Part shown: piece after piece, positions 14,746-24,321 of the stretch
Layout: the number at the start of each line of letters is the position of its first letter
How positions within the stretch are numbered: the stretch's first letter is position 1
Notes under the pieces: generated by a model
What the model was told of the DNA's origin: nothing
What the model saw: only the letters and a program-made list of their open reading frames with translations
Database searches by the model: none
NCBI GenBank assembly: GCA_028866595.1
Contig: JAGWHV010000002.1
Span: 1-42,264, forward strand
Reading direction: 5' to 3'
Source: Patescibacteria group bacterium
Lineage (GTDB): Bacteria; Patescibacteriota; Minisyncoccia; Phycocordibacterales; UBA6065
Length of the DNA stretch: 42,264 nucleotides
Program-made: the position numbers and the translations under genes

Positions 14746-15951
14746 ATGGCTTTTAACTTTTTCAGAAAAAGGCGCATATACGCCGACTGGGCGGCGACGA
14801 CACCTCTCCATCCGCGCGTGGCGAGGGCGATGAAGCGCGTCAGGCGTGTTCCGGCGAACCCGAGCGCGCTTTATAAAGAGGGAGTCGAAGCGAAGCGGGC
14901 GCTTGAGGCCGCGCGCACGAAGTGCGCGCGGCTCCTTGGCGTTAAACCCGAAGAGATCTACTTTACCTCTGGCGGCACGGAAGCGAACGCGACCATCATC
15001 CAGGGCGTCATCCGGACGCGCTTTGAGCGCGACGACAAGAAGCCTGACGAGATCCATGTCGTCTCATCGTCTCTAGAGCACTCTTCCATCCTCGAAGTCC
15101 TCCGATTGTTCGCCAACCGCGGCGTTCGAGTCACATATATCGATCCGGGCCCTGACGGCATCGTCCGAGCCGACGACGTTCTCGCGGCGATCACGCCCGA
15201 CACCGCTCTCGTCACATGCATGTATGCGAACAATGAGATCGGCACGATCCAGCCGATATCGAAGATCGGCGCCGGCATTCGCAAGATAAAGGCAGGCAAA
15301 GAAAATAGCCTTGGTGCCGAATTCCCTGTCTTTCACACAGATGCATCGCAGGCGCCGCTCTGGCTTTCATGCGATCTGGAAGGCCTGCGCGCCGACGCCA
15401 TGACCCTCGATGCTCATAAAATGCAAGGGCCGAAGGGCGTCGGCGCTCTTGTCGCCAGGCGGCACGTTTCTTTCGAGCCTCTCATGGCCGGCGGCGGCCA
15501 AGAGCGCGGCAAGCGGCCGACGACGGAGAGTCTCGAGCTCGTCACCGGCTTTGCCGAAGCTTTGGTGGCGGCGCAAGAGGGCAGGGAGCCGCGCGCCGAA
15601 GGCGCGCGGCAAATCCGCGACGCCCTCATGTCCCGCATCAAAAAAGAATTGCCCGCAGCCATCGTGAACGGCTCCCTTGAAAAGCGCCTGCCGAACAATA
15701 TCAATATATCTCTCCCCGACATCTCCGATCCCGAGCTCGCCGTGCTTTTTATGGATAAAGAAGGCATTTCCTGCTCGACGAAAAGCTCCTGTCTCAAAGG
15801 CGAAGAGGAATCATACGTTGTCGCCGCTCTCGATCAGAGCGCTCTATCGTGGCGCGCCCGCAACACTCTCCGCTTTAGCCTTGCACCAAATGCCTCCGAG
15901 CGCGACGTATCTATTATCGTGGAGGCGCTTAAAAAACTACCGAAAAATTGA
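14746..15951 (+). CDS. cysteine desulfurase (class V aminotransferase, NifS/IscS family)
   Basis: MAFNFFRKRRIYADWAATTP..., with HTDASQA and LDAHKMQGPKGVGAL (PLP-lysine context). The track start at 14731 is a TTG. Confidence 0.85.
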   Translation: MAFNFFRKRRIYADWAATTPLHPRVARAMKRVRRVPANPSALYKEGVEAKRALEAARTKCARLLGVKPEEIYFTSGGTEANATIIQGVIRTRFERDDKKPDEIHVVSSSLEHSSILEVLRLFANRGVRVTYIDPGPDGIVRADDVLAAITPDTALVTCMYANNEIGTIQPISKIGAGIRKIKAGKENSLGAEFPVFHTDASQAPLWLSCDLEGLRADAMTLDAHKMQGPKGVGALVARRHVSFEPLMAGGGQERGKRPTTESLELVTGFAEALVAAQEGREPRAEGARQIRDALMSRIKKELPAAIVNGSLEKRLPNNINISLPDISDPELAVLFMDKEGISCSTKSSCLKGEEESYVVAALDQSALSWRARNTLRFSLAPNASERDVSIIVEALKKLPKN

Positions 15952-15957
15952 TATGAT

Positions 15958-16704
15958 ATGAGCATGGAGCAACTCACGAAACAGCAAATCGTCCTCCTCT
16001 GCCTCCTCGTGAGCCTCGTCTCGGCGGTCGCTGTCGGCACGGTCATCGTCTCGCTCGTATACCAAGCGCCGGCGCCGGTCACCCAGACGGTGAGCCATGT
16101 CATAGAGCGATCTTCTGGCGCACCGGCGGCGTCCCAGACGACGGTCGTGGTCAAGTCCTACGATCAAGCGGTCACGAGTGCCATCGCGTCTGCCGATAAG
16201 TCGGTCGCCCGGATCACTGATGCATCTGGTCGCTTTATCGCCGTCGGTGTTTTTGTCGGGAGCGCCGGCAGGATCGCTGCTTCGATCGAGCCCGTCTCCG
16301 AGCATGGGCTCGAGGCCCATCTCGCTGATGGAACCGTCGTCCCTGTTACTTTTCTCTCGACGGATCAAGCGACGGACTTGTCGTTCTTTCAGAGCCAATC
16401 TATACAAAAAACATATCCGGCGGCGTCTCTCGCTGACTCTGACGCTCTCAAGCTCGGCGAATCTGTCATCGCTCTCTCGGACACTTCAACGACGACGGTG
16501 GCCCTTGGCATAGTGTCTTCTCTTGACGCCACCGTGATCCAGGCAAGCCCGACCGCCGGCCTGTTTGACTCGCAGGCCATCCTTGTTAATCTTGCAGGTG
16601 AGGTTGTAGGCGTCAAAAAGGCTGCAAACATAAAGATTCAGAGCTCTTCCGCCACCGCCTCTTTCATCCCTTCTAACGTAATAAACGCATATGCCACCTC
16701 TTAA
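15958..16704 (+). CDS. membrane-anchored trypsin-like (HtrA/S1C-like) domain protein with an apparently degenerate catalytic triad
   Basis: 248 aa. N-terminal TM. S1C-like blocks are present (DLSFFQ, LKLGESVIALS, LVNLAGEVVGV). The usual HV(V/I) and GNSGGP motifs are not present. Confidence 0.45.
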   Translation: MSMEQLTKQQIVLLCLLVSLVSAVAVGTVIVSLVYQAPAPVTQTVSHVIERSSGAPAASQTTVVVKSYDQAVTSAIASADKSVARITDASGRFIAVGVFVGSAGRIAASIEPVSEHGLEAHLADGTVVPVTFLSTDQATDLSFFQSQSIQKTYPAASLADSDALKLGESVIALSDTSTTTVALGIVSSLDATVIQASPTAGLFDSQAILVNLAGEVVGVKKAANIKIQSSSATASFIPSNVINAYATS

Positions 16705-19393
16705 CCATTTCACGACGAAAGCAAAAGAAGCCATCCGCCGCGCCCACGAGCTCGCCATCGAGCGCGGCCAGAATCACGTCAATCCGCTCCATTTACTCTC
16801 GGCTCTCATCCTCCAAGAAGAGAGCATCGTCCTTTCCATACTCGAGAAGCTCGACGTCGACGTCCTTCTGTTGAGCGACTCGCTCGCCGAATCGCTCGAA
16901 GGCAATCAGCCAGGCGCGACGCTCTCCCAGTCGTATCAGATATATCTCACTCCCGAGCTCGCCCAGGCTCTCGAGAATTCGGCGAAAGTCGCCGCGGCCC
17001 TCAAGGACGAATTCATATCGACAGAGCACCTTTTCATCGCTCTTCTCGATATCGCCGGGCCGGCCCAGGACATACTCTCGAAATTCAAGATCACAAAGCA
17101 GAACGTCTTGCGCGTCCTCGAAGAGCTCAAGAGCGCCAAGACCGCCGAACCGGCGACCCCGAAGAAGCCGCGGGCGCTTCTCAAATACACCAAGAGCCTG
17201 ACGAAGCTCGCCTCTGAGAACAAGCTCGATCCCGTCATCGGCCGCGATCCGGAGATCAGCCGCATCATCCAGATCCTTTCGCGCCGGACAAAGAATAATC
17301 CGATCCTCATCGGCGAGGCGGGAGTCGGCAAGACCGCTATCGTCGAAGGCCTCGCTTTGCGCATGGCCCAAGGCGACGTCCCCGAATCGCTCAAAGACAA
17401 AGAGCTCGTCTCTCTCGACCTTGGCCTCCTCGTCGCTGGTACGAAATATCGCGGCGAATTCGAAGAGCGCCTCAAGAACATCATGAAAGAGATCGAGCGC
17501 TCCGAGGGCAGGGTCATCCTTTTCATCGATGAGATACACACGATCGTCGGCGCCGGCGCGGCTGAAGGATCGATGGACGCTTCGAACATGCTCAAGCCGG
17601 CCCTGGCTCGTGGCGAGCTCCGGGCGATCGGCGCGACGACTTTGAAGGAGTACCAGAAATACATAGAGAAAGACCCGGCCCTGACGCGCCGCTTCCAGCC
17701 GGTCTACGTCGCCGAGCCTTCGGTCGAAGACGCTATCGCTATCCTTCGCGGGCTCAAAGAGAAATACGAGCTCTACCACGGCGTCCGCATCACCGACGAT
17801 GCTATCGTCGCGGCCGTGAATCTTTCATCGAGATACATAAGCGACCGCTTCCTGCCGGACAAGACCGTCGACCTCATCGACGAGGCCGCTTCGGCGCTGA
17901 AGATCTCTCTAGAATCGAAGCCGCCTCTCCTCGAAGAGACGCACAGGAAGATCATGCGCCTCGAGATCGAGCGCGAAGCTCTTAAAAAAGAAGCCGAGGT
18001 TAAAGGGCCGAAAGCCCGCATCAAAGCGATCGAGAAAGAGATCGCCGACCTCCGCGAGGAGACCCAGGAGCTCGAGCTCAAATGGAAGAACGAGAAAGAG
18101 CTCTTGACCTCGATCAAATCGATAAAGAAAGACCTCGAGAAGCTCCGACTCGACGCCGAGACGGCAGAGCTCCGCGCCGAGCTGTCGAAAGCCGCCGAGA
18201 TCCGCTACGGCCGCATCCCGGCTCTTGAAAAAGACCTCGATACCAAGCTTAAAAAGCTCAAGAAGCTCCAATCCTCGCGGCGCATCCTCAAAGAAGAGAT
18301 CACCGAGCAGGATATCGCCGATGTCGTCTCGCGCTGGACCGGCATTCCCGTCTCGCGGATGATGGAGGAGGAAGCTCACAAGCTCATGCGCATGGAGGAC
18401 GAGCTCTCGAAGCGCGTCGTCGGCCAGAGGGAGGCAGTCAAAAAAATCGCCGACACCATCCGCCGAGCCCGGGCTGGCATCGCTGATCCGAATCGGCCTA
18501 TCGGTTCGTTCCTATTCCTCGGTCCGACAGGCGTCGGCAAGACCGAGCTCACCAAAGCTCTCGCTGAATTCATGTTCAACGACGAGAAAGCGCTCATCCG
18601 CGTCGATATGTCCGAATTCATGGAGAAGCATTCGACATCGAAACTGATCGGCGCGCCGCCAGGCTATGTCGGTTACGAGGAAGGAGGCGCACTCACGGAG
18701 ATGGTCCGCCATCGCCCGTACTCCGTCATTCTCTTCGACGAGATCGAGAAAGCCCATCCGGAGGTCTTTAATATCCTCCTCCAGGTTCTCGATAACGGCC
18801 GCTTGACGGATACCAAAGGCCGCGTCGTCAACTTCAAAAATACCGTCATCATCCTCACTTCGAACATCGGTGCTCAATATATCGATCGTATGGAGAAGAT
18901 CGGCTTTAGCGCCGATTCGAGCGAGAAGCGCAAATATGACGATGTCAAAGGCAAGGTCCTCGAAAGCCTCCGCGATTACTTCAGGCCGGAATTCTTGAAC
19001 CGCCTCGACTCGATCATCATATTCGACGTCTTGTCGCCGGAGGCGATCAAAGATATCGTCCGTATCCAGATCGATCAGGTCGTCAAGCGTCTCGAGAGCA
19101 AAGAGATCCGCCTCGAAATGTCTGCGGCCGTGCTTGACTACTTGGCCAAGGAGGGTTACAACCCTCAATATGGTGCCCGACCGCTCAAACGCCTCATCCA
19201 GGAAAAGATCCTCACGCCGATAGCCGGCTTTATGATCTCGCAGGGCGTTGGCAAGGGTGGCTCCATCACCGTCGGCGTCAAGGAGGCCAAAGGCGCCGCG
19301 CCCGAGTTCACGTTCGACGTCAAAAAAGGCCGCAAGCCCGTGGCGATCAAAACGTTCGGCGAAGAGCACAAAGAGGCGGAGAAAGTCTCCTAA
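16691..19393 (+). CDS. clpB: ATP-dependent chaperone ClpB
   Basis: 900 aa. Clp N-domain, two AAA+ modules ([31 protein letters not shown]), a long coiled-coil middle domain and the C-terminal D2-small domain. Confidence 0.95.
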   Translation: MPPLNHFTTKAKEAIRRAHELAIERGQNHVNPLHLLSALILQEESIVLSILEKLDVDVLLLSDSLAESLEGNQPGATLSQSYQIYLTPELAQALENSAKVAAALKDEFISTEHLFIALLDIAGPAQDILSKFKITKQNVLRVLEELKSAKTAEPATPKKPRALLKYTKSLTKLASENKLDPVIGRDPEISRIIQILSRRTKNNPILIGEAGVGKTAIVEGLALRMAQGDVPESLKDKELVSLDLGLLVAGTKYRGEFEERLKNIMKEIERSEGRVILFIDEIHTIVGAGAAEGSMDASNMLKPALARGELRAIGATTLKEYQKYIEKDPALTRRFQPVYVAEPSVEDAIAILRGLKEKYELYHGVRITDDAIVAAVNLSSRYISDRFLPDKTVDLIDEAASALKISLESKPPLLEETHRKIMRLEIEREALKKEAEVKGPKARIKAIEKEIADLREETQELELKWKNEKELLTSIKSIKKDLEKLRLDAETAELRAELSKAAEIRYGRIPALEKDLDTKLKKLKKLQSSRRILKEEITEQDIADVVSRWTGIPVSRMMEEEAHKLMRMEDELSKRVVGQREAVKKIADTIRRARAGIADPNRPIGSFLFLGPTGVGKTELTKALAEFMFNDEKALIRVDMSEFMEKHSTSKLIGAPPGYVGYEEGGALTEMVRHRPYSVILFDEIEKAHPEVFNILLQVLDNGRLTDTKGRVVNFKNTVIILTSNIGAQYIDRMEKIGFSADSSEKRKYDDVKGKVLESLRDYFRPEFLNRLDSIIIFDVLSPEAIKDIVRIQIDQVVKRLESKEIRLEMSAAVLDYLAKEGYNPQYGARPLKRLIQEKILTPIAGFMISQGVGKGGSITVGVKEAKGAAPEFTFDVKKGRKPVAIKTFGEEHKEAEKVS

Positions 19394-19436
19394 GTGGCGG
19401 AAAAAGAAAAATCTGTTACAGTAGACCCTGTCTCAC

Positions 19437-19520
19437 GCGCAGGTGGCGGAGTGGTCAATCGCAGCAGACTGTAAATCTGTCGCCCATTGGGCTACGGGGG
19501 TTCGAATCCCTCCCTGCGCA
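19437..19520 (+). tRNA. tRNA-Tyr (anticodon GUA)
   Basis: Acceptor GCGCAGG/CCTGCGC, anticodon loop CTGTAAA, long variable arm, T-arm GGGGGTTCGAATCCCTC. Confidence 0.9.
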
Positions 19521-19528
19521 CAAAAAAC

Positions 19529-19550
19529 AAAACCGGCTCGAGCCGGTTTT
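19529..19550. terminator. palindromic terminator after tRNA-Tyr
   Basis: AAAACCGGCTCGAGCCGGTTTT is a perfect palindrome flanked by A and T tracts. Confidence 0.75.
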
Positions 19551-19554
19551 GTGT

Positions 19555-19560
19555 TATATT
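19555..19560 (+). promoter_or_regulatory. -10-like TATATT, 6 nt before the ATG at 19567
   Basis: TATATT at 19555-19560 and ATG at 19567 (MRNSRKK...). Confidence 0.4.
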
Positions 19561-19566
19561 CTTTAC

Positions 19567-20820
19567 ATGAGGAATTCTCGGAAAAAGTCCCGAAAGAAAT
19601 CTCGAGCGCAGCAGAGCGGGAAGAGCATCGAAAGGCGGCATCGCACATGGGTCGAGGTGGACTATCGGGCGATAGAGCGCAACGCCCGCGGCCTCAAAAA
19701 ACTCCTCGCCGAAGGCGCGGCGATGATGGCTGTGGTCAAGTCGAACGCTTACGGCCACGGCATGGTCGCGAGCGCTCTCGCCGCCCTCCGCGGCGGGGCG
19801 ACATGGCTCGCCGTCGACGAGATCGCCGAAGCGCTCGAGCTCCGAGAGGCGGGCATCAAGGCGCCTATCCTCGTCCTCGGCTACACGTTGCCGCCCCTTT
19901 ACGAGACTGCCGCGAAAAAACGGATATCCATCACGGTGTCGTCTCTCGAGGCGCTCCAGCGGCTCGCGGCTATGCGCTTGCCGAAGGCTGGTAAAGCGGG
20001 GAAGAACGATGCGAAAAAGCGCGGCGACAAGGGCGCTCTTCGCATCCATCTCAAGTTCGACACCGGCCTTCATCGCCAGGGCATATCCGAGTCCCATGTC
20101 CAGCAGGCCGCTCGTATCGTCTCGGCTGATGATTTTCCAGCCGTGGTCGAAGGCGCTTTCACTCATTTCGCCGTCATGGAGGATCCGATGAAGCAGGAAT
20201 ATTCGAAAAAGCAGTCGCGCTTGTTCAAAGAAGCCGTCGACAAGCTTCTCGCCAAAGGCGTCGCCCCGATCACGCATGCCGGAGCAACGTCGGCGATCCT
20301 TTTTTCGAAAGATTTTCATTTCGACATGACTCGAGCTGGTATCGGCCTCTACGGCCTCTGGCCTTCGCCAGAGATGCGGAGGTGGGCAGGGGACAGCGTC
20401 GTCCTCGAGCCGGCTCTTTCTTGGAAGACAATCCTTACCGAGATCAAGCTCGTATCAAAAGGCGCTCGCGTCGGCTATGATCTCACTCACGAGATGGGGC
20501 GCGATTCTCGCATCGCTGTCGTGCCCGTCGGCTATTGGCACGGTTTACCTAGGACGCGCCTCTCGGGCACCAATGGCCGGCCGGGCGGCCATATGCTCAT
20601 CCGCGGCAAGCGAGCGCCGATCGTTGGCCGCATATCGATGGACATGACGATCGTCGACGTCACCGACATACCGAGCGCCCGTCCGGGCGACGAGGTCGTC
20701 ATCATCGGCACCCAGGACAAAGAATCTATCCGCGCCGAAGAGGTCGCCGAGAAAGACGGCACGATCAACTACGAGATCGTTACCCGCATTAATCCGTTCG
20801 TCCCGCGCGTCTCGGCCTAA
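19567..20820 (+). CDS. alr: alanine racemase with a short basic N-terminal extension
   Basis: AVVKSNAYGHG (PLP-lysine motif), typical N-terminal barrel and C-terminal beta domain (RISMDMTIVDVT). The start is chosen at the first ATG with an upstream -10. Confidence 0.9.
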   Translation: MRNSRKKSRKKSRAQQSGKSIERRHRTWVEVDYRAIERNARGLKKLLAEGAAMMAVVKSNAYGHGMVASALAALRGGATWLAVDEIAEALELREAGIKAPILVLGYTLPPLYETAAKKRISITVSSLEALQRLAAMRLPKAGKAGKNDAKKRGDKGALRIHLKFDTGLHRQGISESHVQQAARIVSADDFPAVVEGAFTHFAVMEDPMKQEYSKKQSRLFKEAVDKLLAKGVAPITHAGATSAILFSKDFHFDMTRAGIGLYGLWPSPEMRRWAGDSVVLEPALSWKTILTEIKLVSKGARVGYDLTHEMGRDSRIAVVPVGYWHGLPRTRLSGTNGRPGGHMLIRGKRAPIVGRISMDMTIVDVTDIPSARPGDEVVIIGTQDKESIRAEEVAEKDGTINYEIVTRINPFVPRVSA

Positions 20821-20887
20821 CGGCCGCAGTTTGCCCTTTTTCGGGCGCTGTGATACTATCCCTCCTACGTAATTCCAAGGTAAAACC

Positions 20888-21043
20888 ATGTCCCAGGACC
20901 AACTCATCATCCTCCGCAATAAAGAGACAGGCGAGGTCTACTACAGCCGCAAGAACAAGCGCAAAGTAGAGCGCAAGATCGAGCTCAAGAAATACTCCAA
21001 AAAGCTCCGCAAGCGCGTGACTTTTAAAGAAAGCAAGAAGTAG
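20888..21043 (+). CDS. rpmG: 50S ribosomal protein L33
   Basis: 51 aa: MSQDQLIILRNKETGEVYYSRKNKRKVERKIELKKYSKKLRKRVTFKESKK. L33-like pattern (YxxxKNKR...LELKKY...H/V-x-FKE-K). It is too short for the ORF track. Confidence 0.8.
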   Translation: MSQDQLIILRNKETGEVYYSRKNKRKVERKIELKKYSKKLRKRVTFKESKK

Positions 21044-21158
21044 AAAAACAGGAGGAATGCCCCTCGAAAAGTCCGCGTCGCGCCTGCTGGCGCGCGCTTT
21101 GCTCGGCCTCGACGGCCTGCGCAGAGTCTTTTCTCGGAACATTCCTCCTGTTTTTCTA
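21041..21158. terminator. ~118-nt nested inverted-repeat element between convergent genes (copy B)
   Basis: Perfect 19-bp arms TAGAAAAACAGGAGGAATG (21041-21059) / CATTCCTCCTGTTTTTCTA (21140-21158). Inner stem GAAAAG/CTTTTC (21066-21071 / 21128-21133). Internal hairpins GCGCC-tgct-GGCGC (21080-21093) and GGCC-tcgac-GGCC (21105-21117). Confidence 0.5.
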
Positions 21159-21166
21159 TTTGTTTT

Positions 21167-22342
21167 CTAGAATCTATACGTCACCGGCGAACCGAGGCCT
21201 GTGACGTAGTCGTAGCGTTTGCGAGCCGTGCAGTAGAAGACACACGAGCCATTTTTGCCGCTCGTTATGTCGCGGAAGAATCGGGAATTATCGGCGGCAG
21301 CTTTGTCCGCGTAGAGCAGGGCGAGGAATGAAGCGCTCGACGTGCCGGTCGTTCTATCGAGAGCTCGAATAGCGGCCCATTGCGGCGAACCGGCGCTTGT
21401 GCCGCCGACGACATACCAGCCTCTGCCCGTGGCGGCCGCTGACGTGCCGGCGCTCGCGTGATAGACCGAATAGCCCGACGACGGATCGGCGTCGAATGAG
21501 ACATCAGGGATGGCGCGCTTGCCGTTCGCTTTCGATATCGAATAATCTTTTTGAAAAGCAGGCTCGGTTTCGTAGGCGCTCACGCCTCCGCCGCTCCCGG
21601 ACCAGGCTTTTTCAGAGGCATATGCGCCGTTCTTGTCGAAAGACAGGGCAGTGCCGCCGACGGCAACGACGTTCGGGGACGCGGCGGGCCAGCTCGCGGC
21701 GTGGCCGTCGTCGCCGGATGCCGCAAAGAATACCGCGCCGTGGCTACTCTCGAAATGCCCGTCGTCGCTCGCCTCGTTTTTGAATTCGGGGCCGCCCCAG
21801 CTCATCGATATGGCTACGACGTCAGAGCGACTGCGGGCGTAATCGACGGCTTTGAGGAGGGCAGTGCCGCTATCCGACGTCGCTTCGACAAGGAGGATCT
21901 TGGCTTTGGGTGCGATCGCGTGCGACCATTGCGTATCGAGAGCGGTCTCGAGCGCCCAGCCGGATGACTGTTTAAGGGTCTTGCCCATCATGTGTTTTTC
22001 GAAGCATCCATTCGCTGTCGTGCATGCGGCCAGTCCGAATCGGCTGTCGAATGCCGCCAGGTCTGATTCGGCTTCCTTGTCGTCAAAAGCAGCGATGAGA
22101 GCGATCGTCCCCGAACCGCCTGTAGACGGCAGGTCGTATGCCTCTTTTATCTGGCCAGGCGCTAGCCCTTGGGGATTACCCGTGGCGCTACCAAGGACAT
22201 GTATGGGCACATGAGCGACGAAGTCGTCGACCGTAACGGCCGGTCTGATCTTTGTCGCGGCGAGCAACGCGGCGGGGCTTACGAGGCCGCCGCAGATCAT
22301 GCACAGCAAAACCCCGTACAAAATGTTTTTCGTATGTCGCAT
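21167..22342 (-). CDS. secreted S53 (sedolisin/kumamolisin-like) or S8 family serine peptidase
   Basis: 391 aa. Signal peptide. Motifs QIKEAYDLPS, GSGTIALIAAFDD, DLAAFDSRFGL, ISMSWGGPEF and GGTSAGSPQWAAI (catalytic Ser motif). Confidence 0.75.
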   Translation of the reverse strand: MRHTKNILYGVLLCMICGGLVSPAALLAATKIRPAVTVDDFVAHVPIHVLGSATGNPQGLAPGQIKEAYDLPSTGGSGTIALIAAFDDKEAESDLAAFDSRFGLAACTTANGCFEKHMMGKTLKQSSGWALETALDTQWSHAIAPKAKILLVEATSDSGTALLKAVDYARSRSDVVAISMSWGGPEFKNEASDDGHFESSHGAVFFAASGDDGHAASWPAASPNVVAVGGTALSFDKNGAYASEKAWSGSGGGVSAYETEPAFQKDYSISKANGKRAIPDVSFDADPSSGYSVYHASAGTSAAATGRGWYVVGGTSAGSPQWAAIRALDRTTGTSSASFLALLYADKAAADNSRFFRDITSGKNGSCVFYCTARKRYDYVTGLGSPVTYRF

Positions 22343-22403
22343 GGCAATAAAAATTAATGCTATGCGGCTATCCTAACGGACGGCGATAAATTTCTGATGA
22401 AGC

Positions 22404-22476
22404 TGCGGGCGATGAGGGAATCGAACCCCCGCCAAGGCGTTTGGAGTGCCTTGTTCTACCACTAAACTAATCGCCC
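22404..22476 (-). tRNA. tRNA-Trp (anticodon CCA)
   Basis: Acceptor GGGCGAT/ATCGCCC, anticodon loop CTCCAAA, T-arm GGGGGTTCGATTCCCTC. Confidence 0.85.
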
Positions 22477-22514
22477 AAACCGCCTCCTAGGGTAGCATCT
22501 TTCGGCGGATTTTT

Positions 22515-22883
22515 CTATTTCTGTTTCCTTTTATGAAGGGTGATCCGATTGCCGTCCGGATCGGCGATGACGACCATCCGGCAGGGAGGGAAATCGTGCG
22601 GGCCCATGATGATCGGCACGCCTTTTTCTTTTACGAGTGCGAGCGCCTTGTCGAAATCATCGACTTCGAGAGCGGCGGACGCGCCTTTCGGCGAAGGCTC
22701 CCACATGCCCGGAGCGCAACCGATGCCAAGAGTCGTCTCGCCGATGCCGTATTCGATCCACTGGCTATTGGGATCTTTGTCGAACTCGCCGTTCGGTCGA
22801 AGCCCGAGCACGCCTTCATAAAAAGCCCGCGCTTTTTCGATGTCGCTCACCGCGTATGCGAAGAATGCAATGTTTTTGATCAT
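22515..22883 (-). CDS. VOC family protein (glyoxalase/bleomycin-resistance fold)
   Basis: 122 aa. IAFFAYAVSDIEKARAFYEGVLGL ... DPDGNRITLH is typical of the VOC fold. Confidence 0.8.
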   Translation of the reverse strand: MIKNIAFFAYAVSDIEKARAFYEGVLGLRPNGEFDKDPNSQWIEYGIGETTLGIGCAPGMWEPSPKGASAALEVDDFDKALALVKEKGVPIIMGPHDFPPCRMVVIADPDGNRITLHKRKQK

Positions 22884-22901
22884 AGGTATATACTACCATC
22901 C

Positions 22902-24062
22902 ATGGAGCCTCTCGCTAATAAGATACGACCAAAAAAGCTCGACGAATTCATCGGCCAGGAGCACCTCGTCGGCAAGAACGGGCCTCTCCGGAAAGCCGTC
23001 GAAGGCAGGGAGCTTTTTTCGTTCATTCTCTGGGGGCCGCCCGGCGTCGGCAAGACGACTATCGCTCGGATATATGCGGCCGCCCTCGACGCCCGTTTCT
23101 ATGAGCTCTCCGCCGTTTCCGCCGGCAAGGACGATATCAGAAAGATCGTCGACGACTCGACACTCCTCGACCAGCGGCCAAAAGTCCTTTTCCTCGACGA
23201 GATCCATCGTTTCAATAAAGCCCAGCAGGATTATCTCTTGCCTTTCGTCGAGAGCGGCCGGCTGACGCTCATCGGCGCGACCACCGAGAATCCGAGCTTC
23301 GAGGTCATCTCCGCTTTACTTTCTCGCTGCCGTGTTTTCGTATTGAAAAGCCTGTCCGAATCTGAAATAAAGACGATACTCAAACGTACAAAGATAAAGA
23401 TACCGAAAGGCGCTCTCGACTGGCTCGCGGCTCTGGCGAATGGCGATGCCCGCATCGCTATCACCGCCCTCGAGAATGCGCGACAGCTCTACGGCTCGGT
23501 CAGCCTCGAGAGCCTCAAGAAAGCGTTCGAACAGGTCTTCGTCAGGTTCGACAAGAAAGGCGACGAGCATTACGACACCATATCCGCTTTTATAAAGAGC
23601 ATGCGCTCGGGCGACGCCGACGCAGCGCTCTACTATCTGGCGCGGATGATACAGGGCGGCGAAGACCCGAAATTCATCGCTCGACGGATGGTCATATTCG
23701 CCTCCGAAGACATCGGCCTCGCTCAGCCGACGGCTCTCGTCGTGGCGAACGAGGTGTTCCGGGCCGTCGAGACGATAGGCTTGCCGGAGGCCCAGATCAA
23801 CCTGGCGCATGGCGCCGCCTATCTCGCTCTCGCCGCCAAGGACAGAAGCTCCTATGACGCGTATTTTGAAGCTCTCGGTGACGTCGAGAAGTTTGGCAAT
23901 CTGCCGATCCCGATGAAGATCAGGAATGCGCCGACCAAGCTCATGAAAGAGCTCGGATATCACAAGGGTTATACGAAGTACGATGCCGACAGCTACTTGC
24001 CCGACAAGATCAAAGGCAAGAAATATTTAAAAAGAAAAAATAAAGACAATGACTCACGATGA
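22902..24062 (+). CDS. rarA: replication-associated recombination protein A (AAA+ ATPase MgsA/RarA)
   Basis: [24 protein letters not shown]..., Walker [10 protein letters not shown], Walker [10 protein letters not shown], and the C-terminal MgsA domain ([15 protein letters not shown]-like, YLARM). The track's N-terminal extension is antisense to the VOC gene. Confidence 0.9.
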   Translation: MEPLANKIRPKKLDEFIGQEHLVGKNGPLRKAVEGRELFSFILWGPPGVGKTTIARIYAAALDARFYELSAVSAGKDDIRKIVDDSTLLDQRPKVLFLDEIHRFNKAQQDYLLPFVESGRLTLIGATTENPSFEVISALLSRCRVFVLKSLSESEIKTILKRTKIKIPKGALDWLAALANGDARIAITALENARQLYGSVSLESLKKAFEQVFVRFDKKGDEHYDTISAFIKSMRSGDADAALYYLARMIQGGEDPKFIARRMVIFASEDIGLAQPTALVVANEVFRAVETIGLPEAQINLAHGAAYLALAAKDRSSYDAYFEALGDVEKFGNLPIPMKIRNAPTKLMKELGYHKGYTKYDADSYLPDKIKGKKYLKRKNKDNDSR

Positions 24063-24321
24063 GAAACGATATGCCGCCGACATGGCGCTTGCGACGATCG
24101 AAGGCTTAGCCGCCCTCGGTTTTCTCCTATTCTTATTCATAAATTGGAAAGCGAGCCTCGTATGCCTGCTCGTTTTTATCGCCGCTTTGCCGGTGCGGAA
24201 TTTCGCGAAGTACGGCGCGTTCTACCCGGGCCGCGCAAGCGCGAAGAAAGCCGAGGCCGTAGAAAACTCTGGACTTGCTGCAGAACCCGTCGCGTCTCCC
24301 GAGGCGAAAACCACGTTATAG
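24049..24321 (+). CDS. hypothetical small 2-TM membrane protein
   Basis: 90 aa with two clear hydrophobic helices. Its 3' half overlaps the 3' tail of miaA (convergent), so it is uncertain. Confidence 0.35.
   Translation: MTHDEKRYAADMALATIEGLAALGFLLFLFINWKASLVCLLVFIAALPVRNFAKYGAFYPGRASAKKAEAVENSGLAAEPVASPEAKTTL

Noticed and set aside
22533-22901. N-terminal 123-codon extension of the rarA ORF
   Set aside because: It is antisense to the VOC/glyoxalase gene. RarA homology starts at [10 protein letters not shown] (22902), which also has a -10-like box just upstream.
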